Source: an uncultured Chloroflexia bacterium (lineage in GTDB: Bacteria; Chloroflexota; Limnocylindria; QHBO01). From it: a DNA stretch of 64,000 bases. Positions 55,428-64,000 of this stretch are shown here, piece after piece. The translations under genes were made by a program, and so were the position numbers. How positions within the stretch are numbered: position 1 is the stretch's first letter; each line of letters begins with the position of its first letter. Under the pieces are notes generated by a model, which was not told the origin of the DNA, made no database searches, and worked only from the letters and a program-made list of their open reading frames with translations. The stretch is taken from assembly GCA_963825525.1 (NCBI GenBank), contig CAWGTN010000002.1, positions 393,021 to 457,020 on the forward strand, written 5' to 3'.

Positions 55428-56719
55428 GAGAGGAGCTCCTCGGTGCCGTCGGCGCGGGTCTCTTCCACGCGCGTGTCCACGGTACCCCGCGCGACGATGA
55501 CCTGCAGCGGGTCGCCGACCGCGACGCTCGTCGCGTCCCGCACGATTCGCCCGTCCGCGGCGCGGGCCACGGCATAGCCCCGCTCGAGCGTGGCCAGCGG
55601 CGAGAGAGTACGGAGCGTGGCGTGGGCCGTATCGACCAGCATGCGGCGTTGCATCGTTCGCTGGCTGACGGCGCGAAGTCCACGCTCGAGGAGGTCCGAG
55701 GTTCGCTGGCGTGCAGACCCGATGTCCGGTGCGAGCCCGGCCAGTGCCCGGCGCTCGGCATCGAGCCGGCGCCGCCGCTCGGCCGCTCGGCCGGTGAGGG
55801 CAGCCGTGGACCGATCGCGCATGCGGCCGATGACCGAGGCGAGCTGGGTCGCGTCGGGGGTGGCGAGCTCGGCGGCAGCGCTGGGAGTCGGAGCCCGCAG
55901 GTCCGCGGCAAAGTCTGCCAGCGTCACGTCGGACTCGTGGCCGACGCCCACGATGATCGGCACCGGTGACGCGGCGACAGACCGCACGACCTTCTCATCG
56001 TTGAAGCACCACAGGTCCTCGAGCGAGCCGCCTCCGCGCGCCAGGATGATCGTGTCGAGATCCGGCTGGGCATACAGCCGCTCCAGCGCCCGCACCACGG
56101 CCGGGGCCGCCGTGACGCCCTGCACCACGGTCGGCGACAGGACCAGCTCGGCCAGCGGGTAGCGCCGCCGCAGAACGTTGGTGATATCACGCCAGACGGC
56201 TCCCACGGGCGATGTCACCACGCCGATGCGACGCGGCCAACGCGGGATCGGGCGCTTGCGCGATTCCTCGAACAGGCCGGCCGCGGCCAGCTCGACTCGC
56301 AGCGCCTCGTAGCGGGCGTGGAGATCGCCGGCGCCCGCGGCGGTGATGGTGTCGACGTACAGCTGGTAGACGCCCTGCGGCTCGTACGCGCGCACCCGAC
56401 CGTGGATGATCACGTTCATGCCATGGACCGGACGCATCCCGGACCGGGTGAGCTCCTCGCGGAACAGGGCCGCGCGAAGCTGGCTGTTGGCGTCCTTCAG
56501 GGTGAAGAAGCAATGGCCGGAGGCGGGAAACGATGGCTGGCTGATCTCACCCTCGACCCACACGTCGGCGAGGACCGCATCGCTGTCGAGCAGGCTTCGA
56601 ACTCGACGATTGAGGTCCGTCACGCGAAGGATGCGCGGGGTCGCCCGGATCGGCGTCGACTCCGGCTCCGTCTCGGGTTTCGCCTGGTCCCAGATGCTCG
56701 GCTGGTCCGGAGAGCCCAT
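55424..56719 (-). CDS. xseA: exodeoxyribonuclease VII large subunit
   Basis: OB-fold N-terminus followed by ...RGGGSLEDLWCFNDE... Confidence 0.9.
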   Translation of the reverse strand: MGSPDQPSIWDQAKPETEPESTPIRATPRILRVTDLNRRVRSLLDSDAVLADVWVEGEISQPSFPASGHCFFTLKDANSQLRAALFREELTRSGMRPVHGMNVIIHGRVRAYEPQGVYQLYVDTITAAGAGDLHARYEALRVELAAAGLFEESRKRPIPRWPRRIGVVTSPVGAVWRDITNVLRRRYPLAELVLSPTVVQGVTAAPAVVRALERLYAQPDLDTIILARGGGSLEDLWCFNDEKVVRSVAASPVPIIVGVGHESDVTLADFAADLRAPTPSAAAELATPDATQLASVIGRMRDRSTAALTGRAAERRRRLDAERRALAGLAPDIGSARQRTSDLLERGLRAVSQRTMQRRMLVDTAHATLRTLSPLATLERGYAVARAADGRIVRDATSVAVGDPLQVIVARGTVDTRVEETRADGTEELLS

Positions 56720-56724
56720 CGGCC

Positions 56725-57285
56725 CTACTGGACCCGGGTGACGTACTCGCCGGTGCGGGTGTCGATCCGCAGGAGGTCGCCCTCGTTCACGAACAGCGGA
56801 ACCTGGACCACGAGGCCGGTCTGCACGGTTGCGGCCTTCTTGGCGCCGGTCGCCGTGTCACCGGCAAAGCCCGGATCGGTCTGGGTCACGCGCAGATCGA
56901 CGGTCACCGGGAGGTCGACGCCGAGGATCTCGTCCTCGTGCGAGCTCACGAACACCTCGGTGTTCTCCACCAGGTAGCGCGCGTCATCGCCCAGCATCGC
57001 CCCGCCGACCGCGAACTGGTCGTACGTCTCGCTGTCCATGAAGTGGTAGACGTCACCATCGGCGTACAGGTACTGGACCCGACGCTGCTCGACCCGCGCT
57101 CGGGGCCAGCGGGTGCCAGCCTGGAACGTGCGCTCGACGATGTCGCCCTTGCGCACGTTCTGGAGCTTCATACGGACCTGGGCCGATCCCCGTGCCATCT
57201 TGATGTGGCTCCAGTCGAGGACCTTCATCAGCTGCCCGTCAAGCTCGATGATGACGCCCTTCTTGACGTCGCCGGTGCTGATCAA
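56725..57285 (-). CDS. efp: elongation factor P
   Basis: Product begins MISTGDVKKGVIIELDGQLMKVLDWSHIKMARGSAQVRMKLQN... Confidence 0.9.
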   Translation of the reverse strand: MISTGDVKKGVIIELDGQLMKVLDWSHIKMARGSAQVRMKLQNVRKGDIVERTFQAGTRWPRARVEQRRVQYLYADGDVYHFMDSETYDQFAVGGAMLGDDARYLVENTEVFVSSHEDEILGVDLPVTVDLRVTQTDPGFAGDTATGAKKAATVQTGLVVQVPLFVNEGDLLRIDTRTGEYVTRVQ

Positions 57286-57334
57286 TCGTGACTCCTGTTG
57301 GTGGACCGATGTGGTGCGCGCTCAAGGATAGCGT

Positions 57335-58432
57335 TCAGCCGATCACCAGCGCCTCACGCGGCGAGGTCGTCAGCAGCCGTGGGCCTGACTCCTCCAGCGC
57401 CACGATGTCCTCGATCCGGATCCCGGTGACGCCCGGGAGGTAGATCCCGGGCTCGACGCTGAACACCATCCCCGCCTCCAGCCTCGAGGGCGCGCTGCGC
57501 CGCAGGCTCGGCGCCTCGTGAGTCTCCAGCCCGATGCCATGACCCAGGCCGTGCCCGTAAGGCTCAACCCCCTCCTGCTCGATGCGCTCCCGTGACAGGC
57601 GATCGAGTTCCTGGCCGTCCGCGCCGACAGTGATTCCCTCGATCGCGATCTGCTGTGCTTCCCGAACCGCATCGTGGTATCGACGGACGTCGTCCGGCAC
57701 ATCGCCGACGAACAGGGTGCGCGTCATGTCCGAGCGGTAGCCATCCACCGCACAACCGAAGTCGATGAGGAGCACGTTGCCACGCTCGATCACGGCGTCC
57801 GATGGCCTGCCATGCGGCATCGCGGCCCTGGCGCCGGCCAGAACGATGGGCTCGAAGGCCAGGCCCTCCGCCCCGCTCGTCCGGAAGAATCGCTCGAGCT
57901 CAAGGGCGACCTGCCGTTCGGTCATGCCCGGTCGGATCCAACCGACCAGGTGGGCGAGACACGCGTCGGTCAACTCGCAGGCACGCTCGATGTCCGCGAT
58001 CTCCTGCGCGGTCTTCAGGAGGCGCAGCGGGATGAGCTCGTCGTCGATCGCATGCAGCTCGACGCCGGGTGCGGCCTCCGCCAGCAGCGACCAGTCCGCG
58101 TGGCTCATCACCCGCGACTCCATGCCGAGCGCCGCGACACGGTGTCGGAGGAGCACCTCCGGCAACTCGCCGTGGATCGCGCCGGCGGTGGCCACGAGCT
58201 CCCAGCCCGGAGCCTGGTCCGCCGCCTGCTCCACGTAGCGGGAATCGGCGAAGATCAGCATCTCATCGGACGTCACCAGGAGGGTGCCTGACCAGCCGGA
58301 GGTCGGGCCCTCGGCGTCGCCCAGCTGGAAGCCGCTGAAGTAGCGGCGATTCGCGTTCCGGCTGATGAGCACGGCATCCAGGGACCGAGCCGCGAGCACG
58401 GCCCGAAGGCGTTCGATGCGAGCGGCCGTCAC
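57335..58432 (-). CDS. Xaa-Pro aminopeptidase / M24 family metallopeptidase
   Basis: GTG at 58432 overlaps the stop of mltG (GTGA). Metal-ligand motifs DFGCAVDGYRSD and HGLGHGIG. Confidence 0.85.
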   Translation of the reverse strand: MTAARIERLRAVLAARSLDAVLISRNANRRYFSGFQLGDAEGPTSGWSGTLLVTSDEMLIFADSRYVEQAADQAPGWELVATAGAIHGELPEVLLRHRVAALGMESRVMSHADWSLLAEAAPGVELHAIDDELIPLRLLKTAQEIADIERACELTDACLAHLVGWIRPGMTERQVALELERFFRTSGAEGLAFEPIVLAGARAAMPHGRPSDAVIERGNVLLIDFGCAVDGYRSDMTRTLFVGDVPDDVRRYHDAVREAQQIAIEGITVGADGQELDRLSRERIEQEGVEPYGHGLGHGIGLETHEAPSLRRSAPSRLEAGMVFSVEPGIYLPGVTGIRIEDIVALEESGPRLLTTSPREALVIG

Positions 58433-59811
58433 AGGCCGGCACACTCCTGGTTGGCGCGCGCGATGTTGGCGTTGTGCTCGTCGAGGGTCGTCGAGAAATA
58501 GTGCGAACCATCCCGCACCCCGTTCGGGCAACCGGCCACGAAGAACAGATAGCCCTCGTCGAGCGGCGCACTGGCCACCGCGGCGATGGACCCGATGCGC
58601 GGCGCGGCGATCGGCATCGGCGGCAGGCCGGGCCGCGTGTAGGTCTGGAAGCCGAGCAAGGTTTCGTCCAGGGCGACATCGCCACCGCTCACCTGCAGCT
58701 GCGGCCACCAGTTCACGGTGCCCCACTCGTCCACCGGAAGGTTTCCGCCGCCCTCGCCCAGCAACGGATGCCCGACCGGCCGCAGCTCGCCCGTGGTCAG
58801 GCCGTATTGGAGCGTGGGATCGGCATTGAGGAGGCCCACGGTCTGTTGGTTGTCCGGCTGCAGGAAGCGGTTGGTATAGACCGCCGCGATGCGCGGGCGC
58901 TCCTCGTCGATCACGGCCTCGCGCTCGACGATGCTGGCGATGATCACCGCCTCGTCGATCGACAGGCCCTTGGCGGCGATCCCGTCGCGAATCTCCTGGG
59001 TCAGCGCCTTGCCGAACTCGTCGAGGAGGCGCCGCACCACGGCTCGCGGCGTGGAGCTCTCGCCGCTGATCTGGTATTCGAGCGTCTCGGGCAGGATGTA
59101 TCCCTCGAGTGATCGACCTGCCGGCAGATCGGCCAGGAAGTCGAACTCGTTGAGGAGTTCGGCCGGCGGCGCCTGCAGCAGCGAGGCGAACTCCTCCATG
59201 TTCATGGTCATCTTGCTCTCGGCGAAGGCCGCCACCACCTCCTCGATACGGAGGCCCTCGCGCAGGGTGACGCTGGTCACCTCGCCGAACGGCTGACCCT
59301 GGAGCGCGGCGACGATCTCCGATGGGCGCAGGGTGGGTGACAGGTCGAACACGCCTGCCGCAAGCGTTCCCTCTCTCCCGGAAGAGATGACGGCGTACTG
59401 GAAGGCGATCTGGTTGCGGACCAGGCCCTGTTCGAGGAGCAGCTGGCCGATCGAGGTGTCGGTGGCCCCCTGCTCGACAGTGACCGTCACGCGACGCTGT
59501 TCGGCGCTGGCTGGCTCATCGGCCAGGACGTCGGGCTGGTACCAGCGCACGAAGTCCTCGACGAGGCCGTGCTCGATCGCCCCGGGGTTGTCCTCGACCC
59601 AGGCCATGACCCGCGGTGCGAAGAACGTGGTGAAGCCGAAGAAGATGAGAAAGCCGAGCAGCGCGATGGATCCGGCGATCCAGACGACCAGGAGCAGAGG
59701 CTCGATGCGGCGTCGCCGGCGAACGGGGCCCTCGCGCTGTTCGCGCAGGCGCCGGATGCGTGCGTTGCGTCGCTCCTCGTACTCCCCCATGGGCGCCGGG
59801 CGTCGGCTCAT
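58429..59811 (-). CDS. mltG: endolytic murein transglycosylase MltG (YceG-like)
   Basis: N-terminal TM anchor followed by a YceG-type C-terminal domain. Confidence 0.85.
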   Translation of the reverse strand: MSRRPAPMGEYEERRNARIRRLREQREGPVRRRRRIEPLLLVVWIAGSIALLGFLIFFGFTTFFAPRVMAWVEDNPGAIEHGLVEDFVRWYQPDVLADEPASAEQRRVTVTVEQGATDTSIGQLLLEQGLVRNQIAFQYAVISSGREGTLAAGVFDLSPTLRPSEIVAALQGQPFGEVTSVTLREGLRIEEVVAAFAESKMTMNMEEFASLLQAPPAELLNEFDFLADLPAGRSLEGYILPETLEYQISGESSTPRAVVRRLLDEFGKALTQEIRDGIAAKGLSIDEAVIIASIVEREAVIDEERPRIAAVYTNRFLQPDNQQTVGLLNADPTLQYGLTTGELRPVGHPLLGEGGGNLPVDEWGTVNWWPQLQVSGGDVALDETLLGFQTYTRPGLPPMPIAAPRIGSIAAVASAPLDEGYLFFVAGCPNGVRDGSHYFSTTLDEHNANIARANQECAGL

Positions 59812-60233
59812 TCGGTCTCCTCAGGCGGTTGGGCGTCCAGGTATTGTTGCAGGATCACACGGGCCGCTGCCGAGTCGAGCTGCCCGCTGCGACGCGACGG
59901 CCGCGCCCCGGCGTCCGCCAGGCGCTCCCCCGCCTCCCATGAGCTGAGTCGCTCGTCCTGGTAGGCAATTCTCATGCCGAGAGCGGCCAACCGGTCTCCG
60001 AACGAGCGAGCGGCAGCGGCCTGCGAACCCTCGCTGCCGTCCATGTTCAGCGGGAGCCCGATCACGACCATGCTGGCATGCTCGGATGCGGCGAGAGCGC
60101 GGAGTGCGGCGAGGTCGGCATCCAGGTTGCTTCGGATGAGCGCGGGTCGTGCAAACGCCATCCGGGTTTCCGTGTCCCCCGCCGCCACGCCGATGCGACG
60201 ACCTCCGTGATCGAGGCCGATGACGGTTGTCAC
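59808..60233 (-). CDS. ruvX: Holliday junction resolvase-like nuclease RuvX/YqgF
   Basis: GTG at 60233; product begins (M)TTVIGLDHGGRRIGVAAGD. Confidence 0.85.
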   Translation of the reverse strand: MTTVIGLDHGGRRIGVAAGDTETRMAFARPALIRSNLDADLAALRALAASEHASMVVIGLPLNMDGSEGSQAAAARSFGDRLAALGMRIAYQDERLSSWEAGERLADAGARPSRRSGQLDSAAARVILQQYLDAQPPEETE

Positions 60234-61876
60234 GGAGCCGTCGACGGCACTGGTTCGCCCTCGACCGTGACGATGACGCGCCAATCCAGGGCGGGCACGT
60301 CTCCCACCCACCCCGGCCACAGCTCCACGGTCGCGTCGCCGAGCGGCTCCAGCGCGGCCTCCGCCTGTTCGGCCGACAGCCCGCGAACGAGGTCCACGAT
60401 GGCCTGCCGATCCACCGCCTCGACGATGGTCCCCACGACCTCAACCCGGACGACGAGCTCGGAGCCATCACGGTTGGCATCCACGATCTGCACCTGGTGA
60501 CTGCCCGGGACGAGCTCCGTTCCCTCGGGCAGGAGTGACCGGTCGCCGTTCACCCTGGACTCGGCGAGTGCATCGACTTCGCTCCGCTCGACGGTCATCC
60601 GGTCGTACTCGATTGATCCCTGGATCTCGGCGGTCTCCTCGTCGCGCGTCCCGACGAGCCCCTCCAGGCCGTCGACCAGGGGATCGGCAGCCCCCGTGCC
60701 CGATTCGACGACCTGGCCATCGGTGCCCCCGAACCGCTCGCTCAAGGCATCTTCGAGATCGGAGATGAGCTGTCCGCGCGCGGCGTCCACGTCGGCCTGG
60801 AGGATCTCGGTGCCGACGTCGTCGATCCCTCCCGATGTCGGTTCGGGGTTGATGACCAGCCGCTGCGTGTTGTTCGGGAATCCGCGGAGGCGCGCCGCCA
60901 CGTTCTGGCTCAGAACGGTGTCGATTGCCTCCGCCGCCACGTTGCCATCCGGCCCGGCAGCGGCGGCCCGCACGTCGACGGCCTCCTCGCCGGCACGGAT
61001 GGTTCCCTCGGCGGTGAGCGCGCCGGCGGGGACCACGATCTCCGCAACCGTCTCGTATGCCTGCTCTCCGGCCGCCACCAGCGCGCCGGCCCCGACGGAT
61101 ACCGCCACGGTGTTGAAGTTCCGGAACACCACGGTCCCGGTGGCCGGGGCCTGGATGGGATACGTGCCGGACGCCGTGACGGTGGCGGTGGCCTCGACGC
61201 TCCCCTGCAGGCGTCCCGGATCGGCGATGCGCAGCGCGTACGACGCCGGCCCGATCTGCCGGCTGGCTGGGACCAGGCGGATCGATGCAGCGGGGGCCAC
61301 CGCGAGGACGCCGACCGTACCGCCGACCAGGAGCAGCGCGATGAGTGCCACCGGAATGACGACCGCCCGACCTGCGCGTCGTTTCCGGGCCGCACCAGCG
61401 GCGGGCGGTGAGGGGACCCTCGCACGGGGCACCGTGACCTCGCGCGTCTCCTCGGCGTCGGCGAGGAGTGCGGGGCCGGGCATGCCGGCCTGCGGGGCGC
61501 TGACGACGGCGGCCGCCAGCCCGGTCGTCTCCTCGGACATGTCACCGCGAACCACCCGGATGGGGGCGCGTGCGGAGGGGGCCTCGGCGTCAGTCATCGG
61601 CTCGGCCGTCCGCGCATCGGCGATGGTCGCCCACGCGTCCAGACCGGCCTCGGCAGCCAGCGAACGAGTCAGCGGATCCCCCACCACGGACAACCCGCGC
61701 CCGGTGGCATCGGCGACGCGTGCCAGCAGGCGGAGAGCAACGACGCTCGATGTCGCGCGCGAGCGGCCGGGCGCCACGAGCACGATCCGCTCGGCGTCCA
61801 GCGCGCGGATACGACGCACGACGCTCGTCACCTCGTCATCCGACTCGAGGTACAGGAGTGCGACTGCGTCGGTCAC
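60230..61876 (-). CDS. bitopic membrane protein of unknown function (175-aa cytoplasmic N-domain, one TM, ~350-aa extracytoplasmic domain)
   Basis: 548 aa with the TM helix VVIPVALIALLLVGGTVGVLAVAPAA. Overlaps both flanking genes by 4 nt. Confidence 0.6.
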   Translation of the reverse strand: MTDAVALLYLESDDEVTSVVRRIRALDAERIVLVAPGRSRATSSVVALRLLARVADATGRGLSVVGDPLTRSLAAEAGLDAWATIADARTAEPMTDAEAPSARAPIRVVRGDMSEETTGLAAAVVSAPQAGMPGPALLADAEETREVTVPRARVPSPPAAGAARKRRAGRAVVIPVALIALLLVGGTVGVLAVAPAASIRLVPASRQIGPASYALRIADPGRLQGSVEATATVTASGTYPIQAPATGTVVFRNFNTVAVSVGAGALVAAGEQAYETVAEIVVPAGALTAEGTIRAGEEAVDVRAAAAGPDGNVAAEAIDTVLSQNVAARLRGFPNNTQRLVINPEPTSGGIDDVGTEILQADVDAARGQLISDLEDALSERFGGTDGQVVESGTGAADPLVDGLEGLVGTRDEETAEIQGSIEYDRMTVERSEVDALAESRVNGDRSLLPEGTELVPGSHQVQIVDANRDGSELVVRVEVVGTIVEAVDRQAIVDLVRGLSAEQAEAALEPLGDATVELWPGWVGDVPALDWRVIVTVEGEPVPSTAP

Positions 61877-63108
61877 AGCGCCATCTCCCGTACCACGCCA
61901 CGCATCGCGCGGTCGACCGAGGAGGCTCCGGCGTCGAGGATGAGTGCCTGGTGGGCCAGTGCCAGCGGGGTCACGTCCTGCCGGCTGCCGAGGTGCCCGG
62001 TGGCGTCACGCAGTCCGACGACCTCGTCCGGCGACATGGCGCGGACTTTTGGCTGCCGAGCGAACGGCAGGGCGCCCCACCAGCCGTCCTCGTCCAGGAC
62101 GCTCCTGACCTGGGCAAGGTCGGCGCCGCCACCGCACAGCAGGATGCGGCCGGGCAGCAGCTCGCCGGCGGCGAGGTCGCCGATCATGAGCTCGATCCCG
62201 TCACGCCAGATCCGGGCGTCCTCCAGGAGCGCATCGGAGACGTCGGGCCGCGCGGCATCGGCCGACGCGAGCTTGAGCGTCTCGGCCTCGGCGAACGAGA
62301 TCGCGAGTCGTTCCGCCACGCCCTTGGTGAACGCTCGTCCCCCGAGGGCCAACATCTTGGTACCGGCGATGCCTCCACCCCGGACCAGCGCAACGTCGGT
62401 CGTCCCGCCGCCGATATCGATGAACACGGCTCCCGCATCGCCCAGCTCACCCGGGTCCAGGCAGGTCGCGACAGCATACGGCTCGGCGATGACTCCCAGC
62501 AGCTCGAGGTCGAGGGCGGTGGCAACCGATTGCAGCGCCCCCAGGTGGACCATTGGCGCAAAGGCGTTGAACAGGTGCAGCTCGACCTGCGCCCCGGTGA
62601 AGCCGATGGGGTTGCTCACCGGATAGCCATCGATCTCCATCTCGACGATCGCGGCGTGAACGAGGCGCACGTCAAGGCGCTCCATCCCGGACTCCCAGCG
62701 GATGCGCTCCTCGGCCTCACGCAGCGCCGAGGTCTGGGCACGCGCCACGATCCGTTGCAGCTCATCCTCGTCGAGAGGCCTGCGCGGCGCGTCACGGCGC
62801 ATGACGAGCGTGCTGGTGGCCCCCTTGACGAGCTCGCCCGCGATGCCGATGACGGCCGCCGTCGGACGGCGCCCGGCCATGGCGCGTGCCTCGTTCATGG
62901 CCAGACGACAATTCTCGACCACGGCGTCGATGTCGCTCACCGTGCCCGATTGCATGTGCGCCAGGCCCTGCCGCTGACGGCCGCTGCCCAGCACGACGCC
63001 GGAGAGGTGGCCACTCGGATCTCGATCCACTGACAGGACGAGCGCCTTCGCGAACTCGGTGCCGATGTCGAGGGCCGCGATGGCCGGGCTCGCGCCACCG
63101 CGCGCCAT
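61873..63108 (-). CDS. FtsA/PilM-like actin-fold ATPase
   Basis: ATG at 63108. Motifs AIAALDIGTEFAKALVL, ...SGTVSDIDAVVE... and ...FIDIGGGTTDVALV... Confidence 0.7.
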   Translation of the reverse strand: MARGGASPAIAALDIGTEFAKALVLSVDRDPSGHLSGVVLGSGRQRQGLAHMQSGTVSDIDAVVENCRLAMNEARAMAGRRPTAAVIGIAGELVKGATSTLVMRRDAPRRPLDEDELQRIVARAQTSALREAEERIRWESGMERLDVRLVHAAIVEMEIDGYPVSNPIGFTGAQVELHLFNAFAPMVHLGALQSVATALDLELLGVIAEPYAVATCLDPGELGDAGAVFIDIGGGTTDVALVRGGGIAGTKMLALGGRAFTKGVAERLAISFAEAETLKLASADAARPDVSDALLEDARIWRDGIELMIGDLAAGELLPGRILLCGGGADLAQVRSVLDEDGWWGALPFARQPKVRAMSPDEVVGLRDATGHLGSRQDVTPLALAHQALILDAGASSVDRAMRGVVREMAL

Positions 63109-63169
63109 GCCGCGGATTCGATCCGCGACGCGGCCCCAGACCCCCTGCACGACCGTCACCGCCGGCGTG

Positions 63170-64000
63170 TCAGGCCGTCTCGATCCGACGGAGCGCCTCG
63201 AGCGACAGGCGCGCCGCCTCACGCAGGGCATCATCGAGCCGTGCCGTGTCACGCCCGCCGGCCTGGGCCAGCTCGGGCCGGCCGCCGCCACCACCGCCGA
63301 TGAGCGGTGCTGCCTCCCGAATGATCGCGCCGGCATCGAATCCCTCGGCTGCCAGGTCCCGGCTGGCCGCAACGAGCAGCGAGGGCTTGCCGTCCGCGCC
63401 GCCGGCCGCCACCAGGACGAATCGCCCGGTCATGCCGCGAAGGTCGTCGGCGAGCGCGCGGAGCGCGTTCGCATCGGCGTCGGGGAAGGTCTCGACGATC
63501 ACGCGAGCGTCACCGGCCTGCTGGGCGCCATGCAGGGCCGCCGCGGCATCCAGCCGCGACTCGGCCGCCCGGGGGGCCTTCGCGGCGCGCTCCGCCTCGC
63601 GCAACCGGGCCAGGAGCGCCTCGACGCGCTGTGGCACCTGGTCCTCCCGCTCCCCCAGCAGCTGGGCCGTGGCCCGCAGTGCCTCGAGCCGCGACCCGAC
63701 CAGCTCGTCGGCAGCCTCGCCGGTCACTGCCTCGATCCGCCGCAGGCCGGCGCCGATGCTCGACTCGCCGGTGATCACGAACTGGCCGATCTGTCCGGTG
63801 CTCGCCACGTGGGTCCCGCCACACAGCTCCTTGCTGTAGCCGTCGACTGACACCACCCGCACGGACTCGGGAATGTACTTCTCGCCGAAGAACATGTCGG
63901 CACCGAGCTCGCGTGCTGCGTCCATGGCCATCCACTCGGTCAGGACGACCGCATCTCGACGGATTTGCGCATTCACGATGCGTTCGACCTGGCGCAGGCT
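63170..64000 (-). CDS. alaS: alanine--tRNA ligase, C-terminal portion (N-terminus beyond window end)
   Basis: Motif FGEKYIPESVRVVSVDGYSKELCGGTHVASTGQIGQFVITGESSIGAGLRRIEAVTG is the AlaS editing / C-terminal region. The ORF is open to the window edge. Confidence 0.85.
   Translation of the reverse strand, partial: SLRQVERIVNAQIRRDAVVLTEWMAMDAARELGADMFFGEKYIPESVRVVSVDGYSKELCGGTHVASTGQIGQFVITGESSIGAGLRRIEAVTGEAADELVGSRLEALRATAQLLGEREDQVPQRVEALLARLREAERAAKAPRAAESRLDAAAALHGAQQAGDARVIVETFPDADANALRALADDLRGMTGRFVLVAAGGADGKPSLLVAASRDLAAEGFDAGAIIREAAPLIGGGGGGRPELAQAGGRDTARLDDALREAARLSLEALRRIETA

Overview
High-GC (~70%) actinobacterial-type chromosomal segment carrying about 75 genes, mostly a housekeeping backbone. 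It includes transport and envelope genes at the start (peptide-binding protein plus secreted metalloprotease, ABC-2 exporter, Ku). A copper / cytochrome-c / thiol-redox cluster follows. The central part holds a NarL-type two-component system with membrane partners, two tRNAs, dcd, nrdR, etfAB, molybdenum-cofactor genes and a membrane Fe-S oxidoreductase. The later part carries gpsA, der, ispH, cmk, scpAB, xerD, recN, nadK, tlyA, dxs, xseAB, efp, pepP, mltG, ruvX and partial alaS. The provided ORF track omits ORFs truncated by the window edge and contains many long spurious antisense ORFs typical of high-GC DNA, so gene calls were checked by manual translation, protein-likeness and G/C preference at codon third positions. 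Main second-look items are: a tandem structured ~150-bp repeat upstream of an lrp operon; an uncharacterised Cys-rich polytopic membrane protein inside a copper/CcdA operon; a two-gene insertion (FtsA/PilM-like ATPase plus bitopic membrane protein) into the alaS-ruvX-mltG cluster; a small protein translationally coupled to Ku; and at least five apparent +/-1 frameshifts in conserved genes. All family assignments are from motif recognition without database searches.
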